A stretch of 53,072 bases of DNA, taken from the NCBI GenBank assembly GCA_964536195.1, contig CAZHVO010000001.1, forward strand, positions 1 through 53,072, read 5' to 3'. Made by a program: the position numbers and the translations under genes. Origin of the DNA: an uncultured Planctomycetia bacterium (GTDB lineage: Bacteria > Omnitrophota > Gorgyraeia > Duberdicusellales > 4484-171). Of the stretch, positions 44,476 through 53,020 are shown in pieces (positions within the stretch are counted from its first letter, which is position 1; every line of letters begins with the position of its first letter). The notes beneath the pieces were generated by a model. It did not search any database, was not told the origin of the DNA, and saw only the letters and a list, made by a program, of their open reading frames with translations.

Positions 44476-44508
44476 ATTCGGGACATATCCCATTAAAATT
44501 TACCTTAC
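44476..44508. repeat. Family-2 repeat, third copy (ATTCGGGACATATCCCATTAAAATTTACCTTAC)
   Basis: Identical to 41308-41340 at 29 of 33 positions, in the same orientation. It starts 4 nt after the protease stop codon. Confidence 0.75.
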
Positions 44509-44536
44509 CAGCATCATTCTGTAATTATAATACAAA

Positions 44537-45661
44537 ATGAAGAAATCCTTATATATCCACATACCTTTTTGTCGAGAAAAGTGTCCTTATTGTGATTTCT
44601 ATAGCCGCTCTTACGATTTGGCCTTAGCTAAAGCTTACATAGAGGTTCTTTGTAGGCAGATAAAGGCTTTGGATTGGGATTTTTCTACCGTTTATATTGG
44701 CGGTGGGACTCCCAGTGTTCTAAGCTTACCATTATTGAAGAAACTGCTAAAAGCTTTAAGAGAGATAAGTGCTAGGGTAGAGGAGTTTACTATTGAGGTT
44801 AATCCCGAGAGCTTGGATAGGGGGAAGCTAGAGTTATTCCGCGATAATCGGGTTAATCGCCTTAGCATTGGCCTGCAGTCTTTCTCTGATAAGAAGTTAA
44901 AGAAACTAGGAAGAGTTCATAGTTGCAAGAAGGCCATAGAAGCAGTCCAATTGGCCAAGAGAGCTGGCTTTAAGGATATAGGGATTGATTTAATCTTTGG
45001 TGTAAGCGGAGAGACTTTGCCTGAGTGGGTTTTAGAGTTAAAGCAGGCAGCTTGCTTAGGCCTGAAGCATATATCAACATATTGCTTAACTTACGAGAAG
45101 AATACCCCGTTGTTTTTGCAGGTTAAAAGGAAGTTTGTCATTCCCTTAGGTGATGAAGTATTGGCTAAGATGTATATCAAGGCTATTAATTATCTCTCCA
45201 AGAAAGGCTTCAAGCACTATGAGATCTCAAACTTCTCAAAACCTGGCTTTGAGTCTAAGCATAATAGGAACTACTGGCAGGGTAGTCCCTACCTAGGCCT
45301 AGGGCCGGGAGCAGTCTCTTTTATCAAAGGCAAGAGAGATAAAAATGTCTCTAACGTTGCTAAATATATTGATAAGGTAAAAAAGGGAGAGAGCCCGGTT
45401 TCCTTTAGCGAAGCTTTACCCAAGAGAAAGCAGGCCAAGGAACTAGCAGCAATAAAGATTCGTACCAAAGAGGGTATAAATTTTAAGTGGTTTAGAACCG
45501 GCACCGGCTATGATTTCCTAAAACTAGAGGGCAAGGCCCTAGAAGGCCTTTTTAAAGACGGCCTGCTTAAGTACAAAAGAAAAAAAGGCCGAATAATAGG
45601 GGTTTATTTGAGCAAAAAAGGCTTTTGTTTTTCAGATACTGCCTCCAGTTCCTTCCTTTAA
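44537..45661 (+). CDS. hemW: Radical SAM heme chaperone HemW (HemN-like, oxygen-independent coproporphyrinogen oxidase family)
   Basis: LYIHIPFCREKCPYCDF N-terminal radical SAM motif, GGGTPS, and a HemN C-terminal domain. 374 aa. Confidence 0.85.
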   Translation: MKKSLYIHIPFCREKCPYCDFYSRSYDLALAKAYIEVLCRQIKALDWDFSTVYIGGGTPSVLSLPLLKKLLKALREISARVEEFTIEVNPESLDRGKLELFRDNRVNRLSIGLQSFSDKKLKKLGRVHSCKKAIEAVQLAKRAGFKDIGIDLIFGVSGETLPEWVLELKQAACLGLKHISTYCLTYEKNTPLFLQVKRKFVIPLGDEVLAKMYIKAINYLSKKGFKHYEISNFSKPGFESKHNRNYWQGSPYLGLGPGAVSFIKGKRDKNVSNVAKYIDKVKKGESPVSFSEALPKRKQAKELAAIKIRTKEGINFKWFRTGTGYDFLKLEGKALEGLFKDGLLKYKRKKGRIIGVYLSKKGFCFSDTASSSFL

Positions 45662-45757
45662 ATTTATATAGTTTTATTGTAGATTTTTTCTATTAGGATG
45701 GTATAATTGTTTGGTTATATTGGCAGCTTTAGGGCTTGATTTTAAAGGGAGAGAACA

Positions 45758-46732
45758 GTGAACAAGAAGCTAAAAAATATCGTTTCTCGTTTTAAGAATA
45801 AGAGAATCCTTGTGGTCGGAGACTTGATTCTTGACCACCATATCTTTGGAAGCGTTGACCGGGTCTCTCCAGAGGCTCCAGTTCCAGTAGTCTGGGCTAA
45901 TCAAGAGAAATTCGTTCCCGGAGGGGCTGCTAATGTAGGCCTCAACCTTAGTGCTATCGGGGCAAAGGTCAGCCTTTGCGGGGTTATTGGCCGTGATCAT
46001 TTCGGGAAAACTTTATTTTCTCTTATTAGTAAGTGCGGTATTTCTACTAATCTAATTGTTAAAGATAATAAGAGACCTACTACCTTAAAGACTCGAATAA
46101 TTGCTCACCATCAGCAGGTAGTAAGAGTTGATTGGGAATCGTTAGAATTTCTTTCGGCAAATATAAATAAGCTGGTTTTTAATAAAATTAAGAACAACCT
46201 CAATGATTTTGATGCTGTAATTGTCGAAGATTATGGTAAAGGGGTGATAAATCCTCTATTACTTGAGGAATTAGTAAGTTTGTGCCGCAAGAAGAAGAAG
46301 ATAATTACTGTTGACCCCAAAGAGGAACACTTTGATTACTATGAAGACGTAACTGCTCTTACCCCTAATCTAAAAGAAGCTCAGGCTGCAGCCGGAACTA
46401 AGATAAGAAATAAGAATCAGTTGCCTTTTTTAGGCAAGATAATCATGAAGAAGTTAAATCCCAAGGCCCTCTTAATTACCTTAGGAGAAGATGGAATGAT
46501 TTTATTCGCCGGCGATAACCATTATCATATTCCAACAGCAGCTCAGGAGGTTTTTGATGTCAGTGGAGCCGGAGATACCGTGGTATCTGTCTTTACTTTA
46601 GCTTTAACCGCCGGAGCAACTTACAAAGAAGCAGCAATGATTGCCAATTTTGCTGCCGGGGTTGTAGTCGGTAAGTTAGGGGCAGCCACTGCAAACAAAA
46701 AAGAACTCAATAAGGCGATTGATGGAAACTAA
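45758..46732 (+). CDS. hldA: D-glycero-beta-D-manno-heptose-7-phosphate kinase (RfaE domain I-type, PfkB family)
   Basis: GTG start. Contains ILVVGDLILDHHIFGSVDRVSPEAPVPVV and the C-terminal DVSGAGDT motif. There is no adenylyltransferase domain. Confidence 0.8.
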   Translation: MNKKLKNIVSRFKNKRILVVGDLILDHHIFGSVDRVSPEAPVPVVWANQEKFVPGGAANVGLNLSAIGAKVSLCGVIGRDHFGKTLFSLISKCGISTNLIVKDNKRPTTLKTRIIAHHQQVVRVDWESLEFLSANINKLVFNKIKNNLNDFDAVIVEDYGKGVINPLLLEELVSLCRKKKKIITVDPKEEHFDYYEDVTALTPNLKEAQAAAGTKIRNKNQLPFLGKIIMKKLNPKALLITLGEDGMILFAGDNHYHIPTAAQEVFDVSGAGDTVVSVFTLALTAGATYKEAAMIANFAAGVVVGKLGAATANKKELNKAIDGN

Positions 46733-47471
46733 GCTTAATGTAATTGGCGTAATACCGGCACGATATGAATCAACTAGACTCACTTACAAGCTCCTACGCA
46801 AAATTTGTGGTAAGAGCTTACTGCAATGGACTTGGGAGAGTGCATCTGCCACTCATAGTCTCGATAGGCTAATAATTGCTTGCGATCATCTTGAAATAAA
46901 AAAGGAAGCTGAGAAGTTTGGAGCTGAGGTTATTTTAACGTCTCCTGAGCATTGTTCAGGCACAGATAGGATAGCTGAGGTCATAAGAGATATTGATGCT
47001 AAAGTTATTATGAATATCCAGGCTGATGAGCCACTTATCCATCATTCAATAATTGATAGGTTGGCCCAGGAAATGCTTTCCGATGGAGAGTTAGTTATGG
47101 CCACAGTTAAAAAGAGGATTGACCAAGACAACGAGATAAATAACCCTAATGTTGTTAAGGTTGTAACGACCCGGGAAGACTTTGCGATTTATTTTTCCCG
47201 TTTTCCAATTCCCTTTTATCGAAATCAAGATAGTCAGCCTTTACATTACAAACACTTAGGAATTTATGCCTATACCAAGGATTTTCTTTATACTTTCAAG
47301 AATCTTCCTGAATCTTCATTAGAAGGAGCAGAAAAATTAGAGCAATTAAGGGTTCTAGAAGCTGGTTACAAGATAAAAGTTGTTGAAACCCAATTTGATT
47401 CTTGTGGCGTTGATACCGAAGAGGATCTCCGTAAAGCCGAGAGGCTTTTAGCCCAGAGAGGAAATACTTAG
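46719..47471 (+). CDS. kdsB: 3-deoxy-manno-octulosonate cytidylyltransferase
   Basis: VIGVIPARYESTRL, GTDRIAEV, NIQADEPLI and EQLRVLEAGY motifs. Confidence 0.92.
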   Translation: MMETKLNVIGVIPARYESTRLTYKLLRKICGKSLLQWTWESASATHSLDRLIIACDHLEIKKEAEKFGAEVILTSPEHCSGTDRIAEVIRDIDAKVIMNIQADEPLIHHSIIDRLAQEMLSDGELVMATVKKRIDQDNEINNPNVVKVVTTREDFAIYFSRFPIPFYRNQDSQPLHYKHLGIYAYTKDFLYTFKNLPESSLEGAEKLEQLRVLEAGYKIKVVETQFDSCGVDTEEDLRKAERLLAQRGNT

Positions 47472-47488
47472 AGGAGTGAGGGTTTAAT

Positions 47489-48358
47489 ATGCTTAAATTA
47501 GGAAAGGAATTGATGCTTCGACGGCGCTCAGCATCAACCCTGAGCGAACTCGGGCTTAAAAGCCGAGGAAAGTCGAATGGGTTGATTTTTATCGCTGGTC
47601 CCTGTGTGATTGAGAATAAGAGTCAAACTATGGATATCGCTTCTTATTTGAAGGATTTATCTTCAACTCTTCCGATACAGTTTATCTTTAAGGCCAGTTT
47701 TGATAAGGCTAATCGTACCTCAGTGAAATCTCCTCGAGGGGTAGGGTTAGCTAAGGGAATTAAGATATTAGGAGAAGTTAAGTCCAAGCTAAGAATTCCG
47801 ATTTTAAGCGATGTACATTGTGTTAGCCAGATAAAAGATGTTAAGGATGTTCTTGATATAATTCAAATACCGGCTTTTCTCTGTCGTCAAACCGATTTAA
47901 TTTTAGAGGCGGCAAAAACCAAGAAGATAATAAATATTAAGAAAGGCCAATTCCTTTCTCCTACCGATATTAAGTATGTAGTCGAAAAGGTTGAGGCAAC
48001 AGGGAATAAAAAGATTCTTATTACTGAGAGAGGGAGTTGTTTTGGTTACAATAGTCTAGTTGTTGACTTCCGTTCTTTTTTAATTATGAAGAAATACGGG
48101 TACCCGGTAATTTATGATGTTACTCACTCTTTGCAAAGTCCTTCAGCAAAGGGAGGAGTTTCAGGTGGAGACAGAGAATTTGCTTCTAGTTTAGCTAAGG
48201 CAGCGGTAGCTTGTGGTGTAGATGGCTTATTTATGGAAGTGCATCCCAAGCCTTCTCAGGCTTTATCAGATGCTTACACTTCTTTACCTTTAACTAAGCT
48301 CAAAGGTTTAGTCAAGAGTATCCTGAAGATAAGAGAGGTAGTAGATGAGAAAATTTAA
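47489..48358 (+). CDS. kdsA: 3-deoxy-8-phosphooctulonate (KDO-8-P) synthase, carrying a 24-codon repeat insertion after codon 7
   Basis: IAGPCVIE, FKASFDKANRTS, IIQIPAFLCRQTDL, DVTHSLQ and the GLFMEVHP motif. ATG 47489 lies behind GAGGAGTGAGGG. An alternative start is TTG 47582. Confidence 0.9.
   Translation: MLKLGKELMLRRRSASTLSELGLKSRGKSNGLIFIAGPCVIENKSQTMDIASYLKDLSSTLPIQFIFKASFDKANRTSVKSPRGVGLAKGIKILGEVKSKLRIPILSDVHCVSQIKDVKDVLDIIQIPAFLCRQTDLILEAAKTKKIINIKKGQFLSPTDIKYVVEKVEATGNKKILITERGSCFGYNSLVVDFRSFLIMKKYGYPVIYDVTHSLQSPSAKGGVSGGDREFASSLAKAAVACGVDGLFMEVHPKPSQALSDAYTSLPLTKLKGLVKSILKIREVVDEKI
47510..47581. repeat. Family-1 GC-rich palindromic repeat inserted in frame in kdsA (72 nt), flanked by TTGAT direct repeats
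   Basis: It shares GATGCTTCGA, CTCAGCATC[A/G]ACCCTGAGC and GTCGAATGGG with 20105-20151. TTGAT occurs at 47510-47514 and 47582-47586. Confidence 0.8.
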
Positions 48359-49325
48359 GAAAGAAAAGATAATAAGTTGGGCAAAAGAAGTGCTTAAAAC
48401 CGAGAAGAAAGGCATTGATGACTTGGGCCGTAATTTAAATAAGAGTTTTTTAAAGGTAATTGATACGATTTCCTGTTGCAAGGGTAGAGTTGTAGTTACT
48501 GGTATGGGGAAAGCCGGAATCATCGGCCAGAAGTTCTCAGCCACTCTTTCTTCTACTGGTTCTTCATCATTTTGGCTCCATGCTGCTGAGGCAGTCCATG
48601 GAGATTTAGGTAGTGTACGCGAAGATGATGTAGTGGTAGTTCTCTCTTATAGCGGAGAGACTGATGAGGTAAAGAATTTAATCCCTTTCATAAAGAAGAT
48701 TGGAGCAAAAATTATTGCTATTACTGGTAATATTAAATCTAGCCTTGCTCGTTATGCCGACAGTGTAGTTAACGTTAAGGTAGACAAGGAAGCCTGTGCA
48801 TTAGGCCTAGCCCCAACTACTTCTACTACGGCAATGTTAGTAATATGTGATGCGATATCTGTAGTTTTACAAAGAATAAAGGGTTTTAAGGAAAAGGATT
48901 TTGCTTTTTTCCATCCCCGGGGTTCTTTGGGCAGGAGATTGCTTCTTAAAGTTAAGGATATTATGCGTAAGGGGAAATTTAATCCTATTGTTAACGAGGA
49001 TACTTTAGTTAAAGAGGTTATTTTAGAAATAACAACTGCTCATGCTGGAGCAGCAACGGTTGTTAACAAGAGTAGAAAATTGATCGGGATATTTACCGAT
49101 GGAGACCTGCGCCGAAATTTAGAAAAACATCCCTATCTTCTAAAGGAAAAGGTCAAGATGGTTATGACTAAGAATCCAATAGTAGTTTGCGATGATGATT
49201 TGGCTTCGGAGGCTTTAAAGATTTTAGAGAAAAAGAAGATTGATGAAGTTCCAGTAGTAGATAAAGATTATTACCCTGCCGGGATGCTTGATATTCAGGA
49301 TTTAATTGCTGCCGGAATAATATAA
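48345..49325 (+). CDS. kdsD: Arabinose-5-phosphate isomerase (SIS + tandem CBS domains)
   Basis: The SIS motif is GRVVVTGMGKAGIIGQK, with two C-terminal CBS repeats. It sits in the kdsA-kdsD-kdsC context. Confidence 0.9.
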   Translation: MRKFKKEKIISWAKEVLKTEKKGIDDLGRNLNKSFLKVIDTISCCKGRVVVTGMGKAGIIGQKFSATLSSTGSSSFWLHAAEAVHGDLGSVREDDVVVVLSYSGETDEVKNLIPFIKKIGAKIIAITGNIKSSLARYADSVVNVKVDKEACALGLAPTTSTTAMLVICDAISVVLQRIKGFKEKDFAFFHPRGSLGRRLLLKVKDIMRKGKFNPIVNEDTLVKEVILEITTAHAGAATVVNKSRKLIGIFTDGDLRRNLEKHPYLLKEKVKMVMTKNPIVVCDDDLASEALKILEKKKIDEVPVVDKDYYPAGMLDIQDLIAAGII

Positions 49326-49360
49326 TGAAACTTGAGCTTGCAAAGCTCATTAGCTGAATT

Positions 49361-49894
49361 ATGAATAAAAAAATTAAAGACCTATTCAAAAAAGTAAAAC
49401 TGCTTATTCTAGATGTTGATGGAGTCTTAACTCGAGGGGAGATTATTTACGACAGCCAGGGTAGGGATCTTAAGATTTTTAACGTTAAGGATGGATTAGG
49501 AGTAGTTCTTCTTAGCAAGTTAGGAATTAAGACTATTTTTCTTTCAGCTAATAATTCCCCAGTGCTTAAAAGAAGAGCTCAAGATATGCGGGTGGCTGAG
49601 GTAATCGGCGGAATTCTACCCAAAGAAAGTGTTCTGGGAAAAATTAAGAAGAAATATAAGGTTAAAGAAGGCGAAATTTGTTTTGTTGGTGATGATTGGA
49701 TAGATTTAGGTTTAATCGAGAAGGTCGGGATACCGGTAGCAGTGCCTGATGCGCCTCTAGCAGTTAAGAGAGCAGCTAAATACATTACTAAAAGAAAAGG
49801 CGGAGAAGGAGCAGTAAGAGAGGTAGCAGATCTAATTTTTAAAGCCCAAAATTTAGAGAAAAAGATCTATAAAATCATTAAGAATCCTCGCTAA
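49361..49894 (+). CDS. kdsC: 3-deoxy-D-manno-octulosonate 8-phosphate phosphatase (HAD family)
   Basis: LLILDVDGVLT HAD motif I and the GDDWIDL motif. 177 aa. Confidence 0.88.
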   Translation: MNKKIKDLFKKVKLLILDVDGVLTRGEIIYDSQGRDLKIFNVKDGLGVVLLSKLGIKTIFLSANNSPVLKRRAQDMRVAEVIGGILPKESVLGKIKKKYKVKEGEICFVGDDWIDLGLIEKVGIPVAVPDAPLAVKRAAKYITKRKGGEGAVREVADLIFKAQNLEKKIYKIIKNPR

Positions 49895-49929
49895 ACAGTT
49901 GGCTTTAAGGTGTAATTTGATATATTAGT

Positions 49930-50742
49930 ATGTTTTTAAAAAGTCTAATTTTAATTACCATTTTTTTGTCGTTTGCGTCTATAAATATTCAGGCGTATTC
50001 ACAACAGAAAATCAAGGATTTTTACCTTTCTAATTTCAAGGACGATGGCACCCAAGATTGGGAGGTAAAGGGAGAAACCGCTATTATCCATGATGATTAT
50101 GTAGACATTAACGATATGGAGGCAAGTTACTACGCGAAGGACGATACGATTCTAATTACCTCTGATGAAGCAAGGTTGAATAAAGAGAACATGGATGTAC
50201 ATCTTAAAGATAGCGTCCACATCGAGAATAAAGAGGGGGCAACTCTAGATACTGATTCCTTGAATTGGAAGAGAGAAGAGAATCGTGTTGAGACCGATGA
50301 TTGGGTAAAGACTACTAGGGATTCGATGGAGATAGAAGCAGTCGGTCTTTCAGCTGATACTGAACTTAAGGAAGCTGCTTTTAAGAAGGATGTGAAAGTA
50401 ACGCTTCCTGATCAAGAGAATGGGGAAGCTACTACAGCAACTTGTAGCGGTCCCTTAGAGATTGAATACAGCACAGGTAAAGCAATATTTAACGAAGATG
50501 TAGTGGTTACGCATCCGCAAGGCAAGCTATATTCAGATAAAGCTACTTTATTCTTCGATACCGAGAATAGAGAAATAATAAAGGTTATTTCCGAAGGGAA
50601 TGTTAAGATAGTACGCGGTAGTAACGTTACTTTTTCACAAAAGGCAACTTATCTGGGTAAAGAACAGAAGGTTATCCTTGAAGGTCGGCCAAGAGTAATT
50701 TATTATCCTGATAGTGAGGAAGATCTAGATCTTTTTAGGTAA
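49930..50742 (+). CDS. LPS export protein of the LptC/LptA (OstA-like beta-jellyroll) family, possibly a LptC-LptA fusion
   Basis: N-terminal anchor/signal and an LptC-like first half. The second half has the LptA/OstA pattern (GKAIFNEDVVVTHPQGKLYSDKATLFFD...EGNVKIV...ATYLGKEQKVILEG). It lies immediately upstream of lptB. Confidence 0.65.
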   Translation: MFLKSLILITIFLSFASINIQAYSQQKIKDFYLSNFKDDGTQDWEVKGETAIIHDDYVDINDMEASYYAKDDTILITSDEARLNKENMDVHLKDSVHIENKEGATLDTDSLNWKREENRVETDDWVKTTRDSMEIEAVGLSADTELKEAAFKKDVKVTLPDQENGEATTATCSGPLEIEYSTGKAIFNEDVVVTHPQGKLYSDKATLFFDTENREIIKVISEGNVKIVRGSNVTFSQKATYLGKEQKVILEGRPRVIYYPDSEEDLDLFR

Positions 50743-51464
50743 TGCGGCTTCTAGAAGTTCATAATTTAACCAAATCCTATGGTAAGAAGACGGTGGTAAG
50801 AGGTGTGTCTTTGTCAGTGAAGAGGGGGGAGGTGGTAGGTTTGCTTGGCCCTAACGGAGCAGGTAAGACTACTACTTTCTATATGGTGGTAGGAATCATC
50901 TCTCCCGATGCTGGTCAGATATTATTTGATAACCGGGATATTACCTATACTCCTATTCATGTGCGTGCTAAATTCGGTATTGGTTATCTTTCTCAGGAAC
51001 CCTCGGTTTTTAGAAAACTTACCGTAGAGGAGAATATTATGGCAATTTTGGAGACCTTGCCTTTGCAGAGAGTAGAACGTCTAAGGCGTCTTGATGAGTT
51101 ACTGGAAGAGTTAAATATTTCACATTTACGAAAGAGCAAGGCTTATACCTTAAGTGGTGGTGAGACCCGACGTTTAGAGATTACCCGAGCTTTGGTGACT
51201 AACCCTTCTTTTCTTCTTTTGGATGAACCTTTTTCAGGAATTGATCCTATAGTAGTTGGTGAGGCAAAAGGGATAATTGCTGATTTGAGAAATAAAGGAA
51301 TGGGGATTTTGGTAACTGATCATAATGTACGAGAGACCCTTTCGATAACCGATAGAGCTTATTTGATTTCCGAAGGCAGAATCTTGGTTTCAGGAACATC
51401 GGATGATTTAGTTAATCACCAAGAAGCTAGGAAGATATACTTAGGAAAAGATTTTAAGATGTAA
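50742..51464 (+). CDS. lptB: LPS export ABC transporter ATP-binding protein
   Basis: Walker A GPNGAGKTT, signature LSGGETRRLEI, Walker B LLLDEPFSGIDP and the H-loop TDHN. 240 aa. Confidence 0.93.
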   Translation: MRLLEVHNLTKSYGKKTVVRGVSLSVKRGEVVGLLGPNGAGKTTTFYMVVGIISPDAGQILFDNRDITYTPIHVRAKFGIGYLSQEPSVFRKLTVEENIMAILETLPLQRVERLRRLDELLEELNISHLRKSKAYTLSGGETRRLEITRALVTNPSFLLLDEPFSGIDPIVVGEAKGIIADLRNKGMGILVTDHNVRETLSITDRAYLISEGRILVSGTSDDLVNHQEARKIYLGKDFKM

Positions 51465-51509
51465 ATTTTTAACAAGATTGAAGATTTAATTAAAGGAGAA
51501 ACGAGTAGG

Positions 51510-52406
51510 ATGCGAGTAGAGGTAAAAAAGTTAGACAAGTTAAAACGAACGATTAAGGTAGAGATTGAAGGAGAAGAATTCTTAAAGGAAAAGAATGAGG
51601 TTTATAGCAAGAAATCCAAGGATCTTAAGGTTCCGGGATTTAGGCCGGGAAGTGCACCTTTAGATGTTCTCGAGAGGCATCACAGTAAGCTTTTAAAGGA
51701 AGAGTTATTAAAGGAATCCTTGCCGAATTTTTATCGCAAGGCCCTGGAAGATAAAAAAATATTACCGGCAGGTATGCCTCATGTCTACGACATCAAACTC
51801 ACCTCTGATGCTCTGTCTTTTTCTGCAGATTTTGAGGCTAGGCCTGAAGTAGAGGTAAAGGAGAGTTTTTACAAAGGGGTAAAAATTAAGGATAAAAATT
51901 GCCAAGTACAGGAAATTGAAATCGAAAAAGTATTAACTAACTTAAAAGAAGGGATCAAGAAAGTAATCAACAAGGACTTAGCAGACGAGGATTTGGCTAA
52001 ATGGGCTTCCTATCCTGAGGTTAAGTCTTTAAGGGAAGCAATAAGAGCCCAGCTTTTTATTGAGAAATCAAGGGAACGTCGAGGAAAAGTAGATAGCCAA
52101 GTTCGTGCTCAGCTGTTTAAAGCATTTAAGGTGGATTTGCCTAAAGATGAAGTTGCTCGGCACCATCAGGAGTTAATAGAGAGAGAAACCTACAGCTTGC
52201 AGCGCCGAGGTGTTCCTCAGGAAGATATTGATAAGTACAAGAAGGACTTGGAAGAAAAGCTGAAATCAGTGGCTGAGGAAGATCTGAAATTATTCTATAT
52301 TTTGGAAGCAATTGCTAAGAATGAGGGGATAAAAGTCGATAATAATCTAGGTGATGTTGTTCTGGGATTTGTTTTAAGCCACGCACAATACCAAAAAGGA
52401 GGGTAG
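51510..52406 (+). CDS. tig: Trigger factor lacking the central FKBP-type PPIase domain
   Basis: The N-terminal ribosome-binding domain has the GFRPGSAP signature and a C-terminal arm-domain-like region follows. It is only 298 aa and lies directly upstream of clpP. Confidence 0.75.
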   Translation: MRVEVKKLDKLKRTIKVEIEGEEFLKEKNEVYSKKSKDLKVPGFRPGSAPLDVLERHHSKLLKEELLKESLPNFYRKALEDKKILPAGMPHVYDIKLTSDALSFSADFEARPEVEVKESFYKGVKIKDKNCQVQEIEIEKVLTNLKEGIKKVINKDLADEDLAKWASYPEVKSLREAIRAQLFIEKSRERRGKVDSQVRAQLFKAFKVDLPKDEVARHHQELIERETYSLQRRGVPQEDIDKYKKDLEEKLKSVAEEDLKLFYILEAIAKNEGIKVDNNLGDVVLGFVLSHAQYQKGG

Positions 52407-52408
52407 AG

Positions 52409-53020
52409 ATGAAGAACCAAATGTATGTTCCTATGGTTATTGAGCAAACCGGGAGGGTAGAGCGCGCTTATGATATATACTCGCGATTGCTTAAAGATAG
52501 AATTATTTTCATCGGGACGCCAGTAGATGATAATATTGCTAATGTAGTTATTGCTCAGCTGTTGTTTTTGCAGATGGAGGATGTAAGCAAGGATATCAAT
52601 CTTTACATAAATACCCCCGGAGGTGCCATTACGGCTGGTTTGGCAATATATGATACAATGCAATTTATAAAGTGTGATGTTGCAACCTATTGCGTAGGCC
52701 AAGCTGCTTCTCTAGGGGCTTTGCTTCTTTGCGCTGGTACTAAGGGCAAGAGATTTGCTTTGCCTAACTCCCGAATTATGATTCATCAGCCTTGGGGTGG
52801 AGTACAAGGTTCAGCAGAGGATATCTCGATACAGACAGAAGAGATTTTGAGACTTCGGGCTAAAATAAATGAAATTCTTTCTTCTCATACCGGTAAGTCT
52901 CTTGATAAGATAAAGGAAGATACTGATAGAGATTTTTTTATGAGCGCGCCGGAAGCAAAAGAGTATGGAATATTAGATGAAGTACTTGTTAATGCTAAGC
53001 GTAAAAATAATAAAAAATAG
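52409..53020 (+). CDS. clpP: ATP-dependent Clp protease proteolytic subunit
   Basis: [28 protein letters not shown] (catalytic Ser) and MIHQP (catalytic His). Confidence 0.95.
   Translation: MKNQMYVPMVIEQTGRVERAYDIYSRLLKDRIIFIGTPVDDNIANVVIAQLLFLQMEDVSKDINLYINTPGGAITAGLAIYDTMQFIKCDVATYCVGQAASLGALLLCAGTKGKRFALPNSRIMIHQPWGGVQGSAEDISIQTEEILRLRAKINEILSSHTGKSLDKIKEDTDRDFFMSAPEAKEYGILDEVLVNAKRKNNKK

Noticed and set aside
47565-47574. GAGGAAAGTC, resembling the conserved RNase P RNA CR-I motif (GAGGAAAGUCC).
   Set aside because: It sits inside the 72-nt repeat within kdsA. None of the other RNase P conserved regions or helices are present around it.
49326-49360. Small hairpin GAGCTT-GCA-AAGCTC between kdsD and kdsC as a terminator.
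   Set aside because: It is a 6-bp stem with no T-run inside a tightly packed operon. It is more likely an incidental or mRNA-processing structure, with insufficient evidence either way.
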